Source: Eledone cirrhosa (lineage: Eukaryota). From it: 64,000 bases of DNA. Positions 54,179 to 64,000 of the stretch are shown one piece after another. Each line of letters starts with the position of its first letter. Position 1 is the stretch's first letter. The stretch spans positions 364,808,001 to 364,872,000 of the forward strand of contig OZ024743.1 of assembly GCA_964016885.1 (NCBI GenBank). The letters are read 5' to 3'. The position numbers were made by a program, and so were the translations under genes. Below the pieces are notes generated by a model, which was not told the origin of the DNA, did no database searches, and was given only the letters and a program-made list of their open reading frames with translations.

Positions 54179-54776
54179 TGTTTACATGCATTTACAAGAG
54201 CAAGAATGAGGGGCTCAGTCTACTGACATGGCTTTAAAAATGAGGCTTGTTTGCATAATTGCAAGCGAATCGAAAATTATTATTAATATTCGAAAAACTC
54301 AGATTACATTTATTGTATTCAGCCATGTAGAGCGAAATCGTTTTTTTTTATACACTAAACAGAAAACACACGAAAACACATATGCAAACATATTTTTCAC
54401 TCATAACATCTCTGGCCGATGAACAATCCAGACATATATTAATATTGTCTAGGATTCAGAAACCTTTGGTAATACAGTAGTTTTATATTGTGTTGTTCAC
54501 TTTATAATTAAATAGCTCTATTCTATACATAGAGCACTCTTTTTTCCTTTGCTTTTTCTTCGGAATTACCTAACATATATATGTATATATTGTTATATTT
54601 GGGGAGGATCATATTGTTATAATATTGCCAGAAATAATAATAAAGCATCACTGTTTAGTTTGAATTGGTTTTCGCTTCTGTGTCTTTTATATCTCCATAG
54701 TTAATTTATCTGGCAATCAATGTTTATCATTGATTGACCAGCGGTTAAAAATATAGATATAAATATTTATATATAT

Positions 54777-54827
54777 AGTCTATCAAAGTTCTTTCGTCAC
54801 ACATCTGTGACATCATCAGTGGTACTA
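54777..54827 (-). ncRNA. hammerhead fold at the 3' end of the Neptune-like PLE
   Basis: CA-CTGATGA-TGTCACAGATGTGTGAC-GAAA-GAAC-TT-TG; stem I partly decayed. Confidence 0.6.
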
Positions 54828-55089
54828 TTATGCTTCCTTCCATTATATTGTAATGTCTACGCCATTTTTATTTAATATATTTATTTATTTATTATTGTCT
54901 CTGTCTCTGTCACGTATGTGTTTTCTGTTTGGTGCATGTGTTCGTGTTTGAGTCTATGTGTTTTTGTATTCTATCTTTGTTCACTAGTGTGTGTTTATGT
55001 GTGTTTGTTGTTATTGTACTTGCGTATATATTTATTTATTTATTTATTTTTCCCTTAGGTCAGTATTGTGTGTTTGGGTATGGGTGTTG

Positions 55090-57330
55090 TTGTTATTCCA
55101 TTCTTTTTTTTTCTGTTTAACTTCGGTTTTCTTAGTTCTATTTCAGTTGCTTCTCTGATTTGCCTACCTGTTGAGTCATTTCTATGTTTAGATATCATTT
55201 TAATTTCTATGTTGTCTGTATTAGCATCATGTCTTTGTCTGGCGTGTTCATATAGTACCAAACCGTTTTTTGTTTGTTTTTTTTGTCCTTTTAGCCCCCC
55301 CCCCCCCCCCCCCCCCCCCGTGTGGTCTATTCTTCGAACTGTCTCACCTATGTTTGTCGTTTATGCAACTACCCTCTGTACATCTTATGCTATAGACTAC
55401 ATTTCTAGTTTTACAATTTATTTGTGGGTTCATTCTACATATAACACATTTATTTGTACAGTGGGTTTTCTTAAAGGGGTGTGTTTTGCTGATCAGTTAG
55501 TTCCTGGCTTTTCTACCACTTTAATCTTTAAATGGGTCTTTTTTAGGGCCTTTCTACATTGCTTAGCTAATTTTCCTCCAGGAGTAGCATCCACGAACAT
55601 GACACTCTGGTATCTCTGGTTGGTGTACCATGAAATGGTTTTCCCTATCTTATGTTTAGTCCTATCTAAGCTATTCCATGATTTGCCCCTGTACAACGGG
55701 AAAATTCCTTTCATGTCCATTTCTATGAGGGTCTTATACTTCTCCGTGGCTCCTTTTTATACTCTGATTCTGTCTCTTTGGTTGTAACCAGAGAACTGCA
55801 TGCGATTTATGAAGTGTTGGATGTGCTTTCCATTTCAGTTGGGTCGCACATGCGGGACACATTCTTTATCGTTCTTTCCAAGTCTGCGATCAGAATATTA
55901 AACTTAGCACTATTGGACATTGCTGAATTTTTTAGTATCAGGTATTTGGAGGCCATGGGTCTAGCATAATGTGAGTGGAGAATTTGGTCCCTCTCGTTTA
56001 TAGTGTTTAACCAGAGTTCCGTGTCTAATACTGGTAGTCTATTGTTAGGGTGTTTGGAAGGGTAGTCAATAGTTACAGTTATATTCTGGAGTTAGCTATC
56101 TGCTGGATGCTCTCCCTTGTGCTATTTTCTAGTTCAGGTTTATTGGTACTGTCTTGTGGGGGTGTTCTTATTATTATATTAATATCGTCTACGTAACGAG
56201 AGTACATGACGAGAGCTATGGAGTCCTCTGCTAGGAGTTTTCTGAGTCCCCTTTCCCACCATACCATAAATAGGTTGGCAACATCGCCAGCTATGCTGAT
56301 GCCAATGACTGCTCCCTCATTCTGGGTGTAGATTTTCTCATTACATTTAAACATGTGGCCCTTTGGGGTAGTTTTAATACTTGCCCCTACTGCATGTGCG
56401 ACCATTTTTCTCACCTGAACGTTGTTTTGGGGTGTCCGTATGGATTTGTTCTATGCATCCCATCTTCCTATGAGAGTCTTTTCAGCCATTGAGGTTATTG
56501 GGGTCTACTTCTTATAGCTCTACTAGAGCAAAATCAGCTAAGGTCATGATTATCTAGGTATTCGGTGTCATAAGTAAGTCTACGTAGGAGGCCCAGTTCA
56601 TCTGTGTCAACGTCACAGAACTCCACCTCACTCTCTCTGATTATTTGCACACATTTTTCCACAGCAAAATCAATGTTAATGGATGGGTACAGAGATACTA
56701 CATCCATACTGCCTATTATGCAGTTAGTTAAGTTTTCGTTGTTGTTGCATTCATTGATTCTACTGAGGAAGTCCTCTGTGGTGTCGCATATATCTGGAGA
56801 CATCTTAATTATGGGGCGTATAACCATAGAGAGGAAGTTGGAGATCCTGTAGTTACTAGCAATATTGACTCCGCTTACAGGTCTTGTTGGTGGTCCTATC
56901 ATAGAGTTGTTAGTTGTTTTATGGTCTTTACGGAGTCCATATAAGGTTGGTATGTCGTTGTTAGACGCTCGGAAGTTATTGGCTGTGTGTCTACTTGGCT
57001 TTAGGATGTCGGTCCACGTCATCATATGAGCATTGAGGATCTTTTCTCTTTCCTCATATGTCTGTTGTGTTGTTTTGCTCGTGTTGATGATGTGGGGTTG
57101 CATAGCCTTGATATAGTTCGGCATGCTGTCTATTGACATCCTACCAGATTTATCTGTGGGTAGACACACTATCCCACCATACCTTCTGCGCTGCATGAGG
57201 CTAAGTAGGCCTTCTACAGGTTTTCTTCCAACTTGTTGAACTTCTGGTCTGTTTTGTCTCCTAGTATATTGTTCTACTACCTGTCTAAGTTTATTTCTAG
57301 CTATGGTAGACTGTGCCTCTGTTTGGTCAT
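55090..57330 (-). pseudogene. Penelope-like element (Neptune-like) RT + Zn finger + GIY-YIG, degraded
   Basis: PTDKSGR, LYGLRKDHK, TRPV, SMDVVSLYPSI, YSRYVDDI, FVDATPGG, CVIC..CKTRNVVYSIRC..IGET, RQIREA..LNRK. Confidence 0.85.
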
Positions 57331-57394
57331 CTATTTGTTGAGGTATACAAACTCTTTTATTAAAAGGTATACAAACTATTTTAATAAAAGAGTT

Positions 57395-58737
57395 ATCATA
57401 ATCTATAAAGCTCAGTGTATGGTCATGTTTCTTTGTTATAGAAATCTACGATATAGAATTTCTTCAATTGAAATTTACAATTCAGTATTCAAAATAGCTT
57501 CGATTGGGTCATGGCACATATATTGTTTTCAATTTCACCCACAATTACGCAAAAAATCGATAAAACTCAATATTTTACGATTTACCTCTCTCATTTCAAC
57601 TGCTAAACCCTTTCCATTACCCTTCAAAATCTATACAACTTCATACTTTCTGCTACTTTCTCTTTCCAAGCTGAAACAACTATTCTTTTCATTTTACATT
57701 GTTCATGTTGATGGTGATACTGTCCGTTTTACTCTCTCACTCATACACTTTACAGACTAAACAGCAAAAACATTAGCCACATTAACGTACAATTTCGTTT
57801 ATTCTAAATGTTAGTCTTCAAACTGATTTATTTATTTGCAAACACATACAAACACACACTCACATCAAATGAATAATTAAACTTTAAATCAATTTAACCA
57901 CGTGCCGGATTTCTAACCACACATACACACTTCATTAACAAATAAAAATGCTAATTTGCGACAATTATTTTCTTTCAATCGTAAAATCAAACGACATAAT
58001 TATTTTCATTTTCGGTTGTTAATCTTCATGGCGATAATACTACCCTTCCATTTCACATCATGTGAGTTAACAAATATTTTTTTAAAACACTATTCGCAGA
58101 CTTCCTTAAACAACAAGATCAATTGCGTAGCCGGTATTCATTATGTAGCCGGTAAAGCTATGTAGCAGGTAAAAGGCTATGTAGTCAGTACGATGTTATA
58201 TAGCATGAAAAGTTTATATAACCGGTAAATGTTATGTCGCCGTTAGCATGTGTGTGTGTGTGTGTGTTACCGTCAATACACACGTGTGTGTGTGCGTGTT
58301 TCAATGTAGTTTTCGTTAACAATGACAAGAGTACAATCGCGCCAGAAACAACTAAATTTCTCATTTTTAACTGCTAGGAACGTTCACAGGTTCATTAAGT
58401 ACTTTCAGTAAGGAATAAAAAAAATTAGGGATTGAACCCAAAACCACGACATAAACAGGCACCAACAGACGTTTTCTTTGTCCTGTCAAAAAGTGATTGA
58501 TCCTATCCCTTTCACCTACGACCTCAGTTAGGTCAGGCGAAAGTTAAATAGACAGGGGATCACCTATGTAGGTACAAACCCTGCTGCGGTATGTTTATTT
58601 TTCTAGCTGCAACCAGATTATATATACCGTAGTTAACAGAGACCATGACACACCAGGCCTGCAAACCAAACGAGATGGAATATTCATTATAATACATCAG
58701 TTCCTCAGCCCCGAGCAACGCCGGGCACTTCTGCTAG
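57395..58737 (+). mobile_element. probable non-autonomous Helitron (5' end uncertain)
   Basis: 3' CCCGAGCAACGCCGGG hairpin + CTAG|T at 58734-58737; internal degenerate 17-19-bp TATGTAGCCGGTAAA repeats at 58125-58245. Confidence 0.5.
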
Positions 58738-58740
58738 TAT

Positions 58741-58818
58741 ATAATAAAAGGACGATTTGTTATGTCTTCATTACGTTTATAAACGTAATGAAGACATAAC
58801 AAATCGTCCTTTTATTAT
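58741..58818. repeat. 78-bp spacerless perfect palindrome
   Basis: centre TACGTTTA|TAAACGTA at 58779/58780; followed by about 100 bp of tail to (TA)n. Confidence 0.95.
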
Positions 58819-58919
58819 TATAATTACACTCTGTTTAGTTCCACACCTCTTTATCGACTGGAAACTATGCATCGAGTGCTCACTCGGGTGAACCTATAGT
58901 AACTGCACGTTTCATTCTA

Positions 58920-58951
<32 letters not shown>

Positions 58952-58963
58952 CTGTATATATAC

Positions 58964-59007
<44 letters not shown>

Positions 59008-59018
59008 TGTATATATAC

Positions 59019-59105
<87 letters not shown>

Positions 59106-59488
59106 TATATATATACATATATATATATACTTCATTCTTCTATTGGCCTGATTTGTGATTTGACCGATTCCTACATTCGAAAATCGTCTGTAAACCAGTT
59201 TATATTTATTTTTAACAATCTTAATAGAAATAGTTTTAAGAGACTAGCTTTCTTTTATTTACATATTTATTTATTCTTACACACACACATTTATGTACAA
59301 AAAAAAATCGTATGCACCGTGTGCGGTGAAATGTTGCGCATATAACATTTCAAATTACTATGAACGCAGTTTCAAATGTCTTTGTTTCACGAATGGGTGT
59401 GTGTGGGTGTGTACAGTTATACATACATGAAAATATGTACGTATGTATATATATGTGCGTGTGTGTGTGTGTGTGCGTGTGCGCGCGC

Positions 59489-59556
<68 letters not shown>

Positions 59557-59640
59557 AAATGTAAACAGAAATAACAACACAATCCGTAGAATATGTGGAA
59601 GGAATATATTAGTTTAACGCTTGAAATAGCAGGAAGAGGG

Positions 59641-59676
59641 TCTTAACGTTTCGGACGCTAGTCCTTCATCAGAAGA
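59641..59676 (-). ncRNA. minimal hammerhead ribozyme
   Basis: TCTT-CTGATGA-AGGAC-TAGC-GTCC-GAAA-CG-TT-AAGA. Confidence 0.75.
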
Positions 59677-59887
59677 AAGAATGAGAAATTAGAAAGATTG
59701 AAGGGACGGGCAGGGTGGAATCGGAATAAATGTTTTGGGGGAAAATAACTGGTTCATTCATGTTACCATCTTGGAAAACTGTTGATGCTGGCGTTTTGTG
59801 TATGATATACTTTTTTTAGAAAAGTGTATGATGGACCACTTCTACCTGAAATGGAAAAAAAAACATTTTGTATAGAGAGCTATAATT

Positions 59888-59943
<56 letters not shown>

Positions 59944-59974
59944 CATAGTACCTGTCAAAAATGACGGGAGTTAT

Positions 59975-62365
59975 AGTAAAAACAAATTACCATGTACAAA
60001 ATTAGCAAGGACAGCGTATACATGTACAGCTGTGGGAAGACATCATAACAGATGATGTGTCTAGCACACTAAAAAAAAGCAAGCAACTGGGAGCACCAGG
60101 ACATGACAAGATCCCCAAGTTTTGGTTAAAATATTTAACAGGATCACATGGAGCATTTGCAAGGGGTTTTAATGAGATACTGACTAAGTAAAAAAAAACA
60201 TCTGACTGGCTCAGTAAAGGGAAAACCACCCTGATCCCCAGGAATAATGACACAGCAAGCCCAAAATTTACAGACCCGTAACAATCTTGCCTACAATATA
60301 TAAAAACCTAACTGCAATGATATCGTAGAAATTAACTAAACACCTGGAAAAAAACAACCTGCTTCCAGAAGAACATAGGCTTCTACGGCTATAGAGACCA
60401 GCTACTAATAAATAAATCCATTATCAAAAACTGTAAAAACAAAAAACTCAGCATGGCGTGGATCGACTACCAAAAGGCATTTGATAGTGTTCCCTATACA
60501 TGGATATTGAACACACTAGCCATGAATAAGGCAGCACCAACAATAAAAACATTTATTGAACATGCCATTAGTGGCAAGCAGAAACGAAAGATGAAACTAT
60601 AAAAACTGAACCCATCCCAATAAAAAGAGGGGTATTTCAAGGGGACTCCCTATCACCACTGCTCTTCTGCTTAACACTAAAACCATTAACTGGGACAATT
60701 GACCGAACTGGACTAGAGTATAAATGCTACAAGAAAATTAATCATCTCTTATAGATGGATGATCTAAAACGGTATGCTGCAAACGAAAGACAATTCAAAA
60801 CACTGCTACATACAGTACATGGGTTGACAAAATAAATAGGCATGGAATTTGGACTAGAAAACTGTGCCAAGGCAACTCTGAAGAGAGGAAAACTAACGAA
60901 AAACATTAATATAATGTTATATAGAGAAACTGAGATAAGATAATTAGATCAAACACATACAACGAATTAGGTAGGGTTCAACACACATAGATGAAAGAGA
61001 TGATTAGAAAGGAACACTACAGACGGATTAGACTTTTACTTTAAACTGACTAAATTGCATTGCCCCAATACCCTAGCGATCCCAATAGTAAACTACAGTT
61101 TCAATATTCTGAACTGGACAACAAAATAACTAGCTGGAATAGACAGAAAACAAAAACGTAATGACTGCATTTAGAATACACCATCCAAAATCAGACGAAG
61201 AAAGATTATACCTACCACGAACACATGGAGGAAGGGGCAACTAGAAAACTGTTATGAAATAACTTCTGTGGGACTTTAAAAAATATCTAATGAAGAACAA
61301 AGGAAAATTAATAGAAATAGCTACAAAACACGAACAAAACAAAAATTTGCACTGTGTTCAAGGTAGTCAATAACTACAAAATAGAAACCAAACTAACATA
61401 TAGTTGTGAGGAAAAAATTGTAAAAAACAGCAGAAATTGTAAAAAACTTAAAATCCAAACTGAAAATAAACCTCCAGAGTACCATGTTAAAAAGTTGGCA
61501 AGAAAAACCCTTACATGTCCAATACCTGAAAAGGTTGAATAGAGAAAAAGTAGACAAACAAAACACACAAAACTGACTATGAAGCACTGGATTAAAAATC
61601 AAGACAGAAGGATTTCTATTTGCAGCACAAGGCCAAAGCCGCCCAAATAGAAACCACCAGAAATACATAATTGTTTCTACTTTTGGCACAAGGCCAGCAA
61701 TTACCCAGTATATTACTGGTACTTTATTTTATCGACCTCCGTAAGGAGGAAAGGCAAAGTTAACCTCGGCGGGATTTGAACTCAGACTGTAAAGGGACGT
61801 AACTATGCTAGAAAGCATGGCATCGAACCCTCTACCGATACTGCCAATTCACCAGAAATACATAATGAAGCAGAACATAGTAAGTAACTGCAGAATGTGT
61901 AGAAGTACGGAAGAAACAATAAACCACCTTATCTCTGGCTGCTCAGTCCTAGCCAAAAAGAAATACCTCCATAGACATGATAGAGTAAGGACCTATATAC
62001 ACTTGAAATTATGCCAAAATTATGAAATACCAACAGACAATAGATGATACAGACCTACACCAGAAAGGTATCAGAGAATAACAAAGCAACCATTCTCTGG
62101 GTTATGCCAAGACATACAGATAGGTAGATCAAAGCCAACCAACCATATATTATAGTGAAAGACTACAAAGAAAAAAATGTTTTCTAATTGACGAATACAT
62201 AACCAAAACCCCAGGACTTACAGCATACAAAAAATAGTACTACTAGGCACCGTCTCATATTACGAAGAGTACTCTCAATACAATAAAAATAACAGCACCA
62301 AAAATCACACTGCACATACCCAAGGCACACAGACCTACGCTCGGTAATACAGAGGTAATGCGCAA

Positions 62366-62407
<42 letters not shown>
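59975..62407 (+). pseudogene. degenerate 5'-truncated Dong/R4-type LINE with (TAA)n tail
   Basis: APGHDKIPKFWLK, WIDYQKAFDSVP, GVFQGDSLSPLLF, MDDLK, CRMC..HLISGC..RHD. Confidence 0.85.
61672..61849 (-). mobile_element. tRNA-derived SINE family 1 nested in the LINE
   Basis: perfect 17-bp TSD CACCAGAAATACATAAT (61655-61671, 61850-61866). Confidence 0.92.
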
Positions 62408-62409
<2 letters not shown>

Positions 62410-62670
62410 TTTCTTTATTAACCACAAGGGTTTACATAAAGTAGACATTAAGGACAGTGCAGGACAATGCAGGACGGTACAAATGGGCATTTCTGCGTGT
62501 AAAAAAAACAAAAACAGAGGATGTAACAAAAATAACAATGAAAATAACAATGAAAAATTCCCCAATAGGGGGGAGACTTCGGAGGGACATTTGTGGAGAA
62601 AGCCCAGTAAAAAGCCACAATGACCCTGACCACCAAGGCAAGTGCCCTCTCCCAGTTTTCCACCTTTAGT

Positions 62671-64000
62671 TTACAGATATATACTCAGAGTCGGCCCATT
62701 CACTCGGGCCATTCTTGCTTCTCTCACCCATCTTTCAACAAAATGCTGGGAAGAGAGCACTTCCTTCTCTACTCTGATTTTCCTTTTCAAATGAAATTTG
62801 AAAAAGTCAATCAGAGCATCACCGAAGAGGTAAGTGCTCGTCTTCAGCCCTTTCAAACGTGTCCACCATACTATCTCTTTCGCCATGGCCACCAGACAGA
62901 TAAAAACTGCCTGCCCTTCCCGGCTAAAGGAGGAGGGCGGGGCAATCCTCACAATAGACTCAGATGATAGCTGGATCCGTCCTAAACGCGACAGCAGGTG
63001 TTCGACATAAACCCACAAGTCAGCAATTTTCGGACACTGGACGAGTGCGTGCAGGACGGTTTCGTCGCCCTGCGCGCATCTCGGACATGCCCGGCTGACG
63101 GCACCTCCATGCCTGTAGAGTTTATCCCGAACTGGCAAGGCTCCTCGGTAGCACTGCCAGGCCAGAGATTTCTGGAAGTTGTCCATAGGCCCTGGCCCGA
63201 AAGTTCTTCCGAAGAGATTGGCTAGTTGATTTTCGTCGACGCCTAGAGTTTCCCCAAGTACGTCGTCGCTCTTCCCCTCCACTAATCCTCTATAGAACGC
63301 CGAGGTGGAGTTTCCACCGATCACATTGCCCGATTGGTCGAGGGCTGTGAGCGCCTGAAGACATTCCAGTCTCCAGGCGCTCCCTCTCGGTCTTCGCTTG
63401 ACCCAGGACTGCAGCTCCGTCAAGGAAACGAGCTGGGGAAAAACGCGTCTAGCAAACGGCGACCACACCTGATCACCGTCGAGGAAGAGGTGGAGATGTC
63501 GTAGCCTGAGCGCGTGCCTGCGCATCATCAGCCACGGCATGCCCAGCCCTCCACGTAGCGGGTGTTGACAACAGATGGACCGCCTGACCATCGGAGCACG
63601 TCCCTTCCACAAAAAGCGAAAGAGCAAACGCTCCAGCGCAGTCAGGCGAGGCTTAGGACAAGGTACGACGGTTAGGCGGTAGCAGATGACAGACGCGATG
63701 TACGCGTTAGCCACCTCCGCTCGACCTTTCAGGGATAGCTTCCTCTCCGCCCATTTCTGGGTGAGAGAAGCCACCCTGCTCGTCACCTCGTCCCAGTTTT
63801 TGTCCGTCTGGAGGTCCGGACCGAACCAGACCCCTAGCAATTTAACCGGTCCGTCCGTCCAGCGCCCGACGACGCTGTTGGACGGCATGGACCTGCCTCT
63901 CCAGGTGCCGAGCTGCAGGCCCACTGACTTTTCCTGGTTGATCATTGCTCCTGTCACCGCTTCGTATTCTCTTAGTGTAGTGCCGATCGCCTCGATGTGT
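62671..64000 (-). CDS. Tx1/L1-type ORF2 C-terminal part (RT thumb, CCHC), open to the window edge
   Basis: INQEKS, KLLGVWF, LSLKGR, GGLG, CPRC..ETVLHALVQC; no stops; 3'UTR to 62408 with AATAAA and (ATT)n. Confidence 0.9.
   Translation of the reverse strand, partial: HIEAIGTTLREYEAVTGAMINQEKSVGLQLGTWRGRSMPSNSVVGRWTDGPVKLLGVWFGPDLQTDKNWDEVTSRVASLTQKWAERKLSLKGRAEVANAYIASVICYRLTVVPCPKPRLTALERLLFRFLWKGRAPMVRRSICCQHPLRGGLGMPWLMMRRHALRLRHLHLFLDGDQVWSPFARRVFPQLVSLTELQSWVKRRPRGSAWRLECLQALTALDQSGNVIGGNSTSAFYRGLVEGKSDDVLGETLGVDENQLANLFGRTFGPGPMDNFQKSLAWQCYRGALPVRDKLYRHGGAVSRACPRCAQGDETVLHALVQCPKIADLWVYVEHLLSRLGRIQLSSESIVRIAPPSSFSREGQAVFICLVAMAKEIVWWTRLKGLKTSTYLFGDALIDFFKFHLKRKIRVEKEVLSSQHFVERWVREARMARVNGPTLSIYL

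Noticed and set aside
59941-59976. possible minus-strand Helitron 3' end (CCCGTCA..TGACAGG hairpin)
   Set aside because: Terminal CTAG incomplete and no body identifiable

Overview
AT-rich, microsatellite-saturated eukaryotic DNA with no confidently identifiable host gene. The SINE families suggest a coleoid cephalopod (Octopus-like), which is an inference. The window is almost entirely nested mobile elements: a near-intact RTE/BovB-type LINE (APE-RT-3xC2H2, one frameshift) and several non-autonomous derivatives in (TACA)n; two R4/Dong-type LINEs; two Tx1/L1-type LINEs; an RTE fragment with a PHD-like finger inside RT; two Penelope-like element (PLE) coding remnants; tRNA-derived SINEs; Helitron-like elements; a Tc1/mariner-type MITE; and mini/microsatellites. 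Three signals stand out. (1) About nine hammerhead ribozyme (HHR) folds occur in 64 kb, two in short non-coding direct-repeat units. (2) Snap-back palindromes abut (TA)n, and in one family the fold-back point falls in HHR stem II. (3) A 5'UTR-to-3'end RNA helix covaries across three RTE subfamilies and brackets the region missing from the non-autonomous copies. Most ORFs in the supplied track are microsatellite artefacts.
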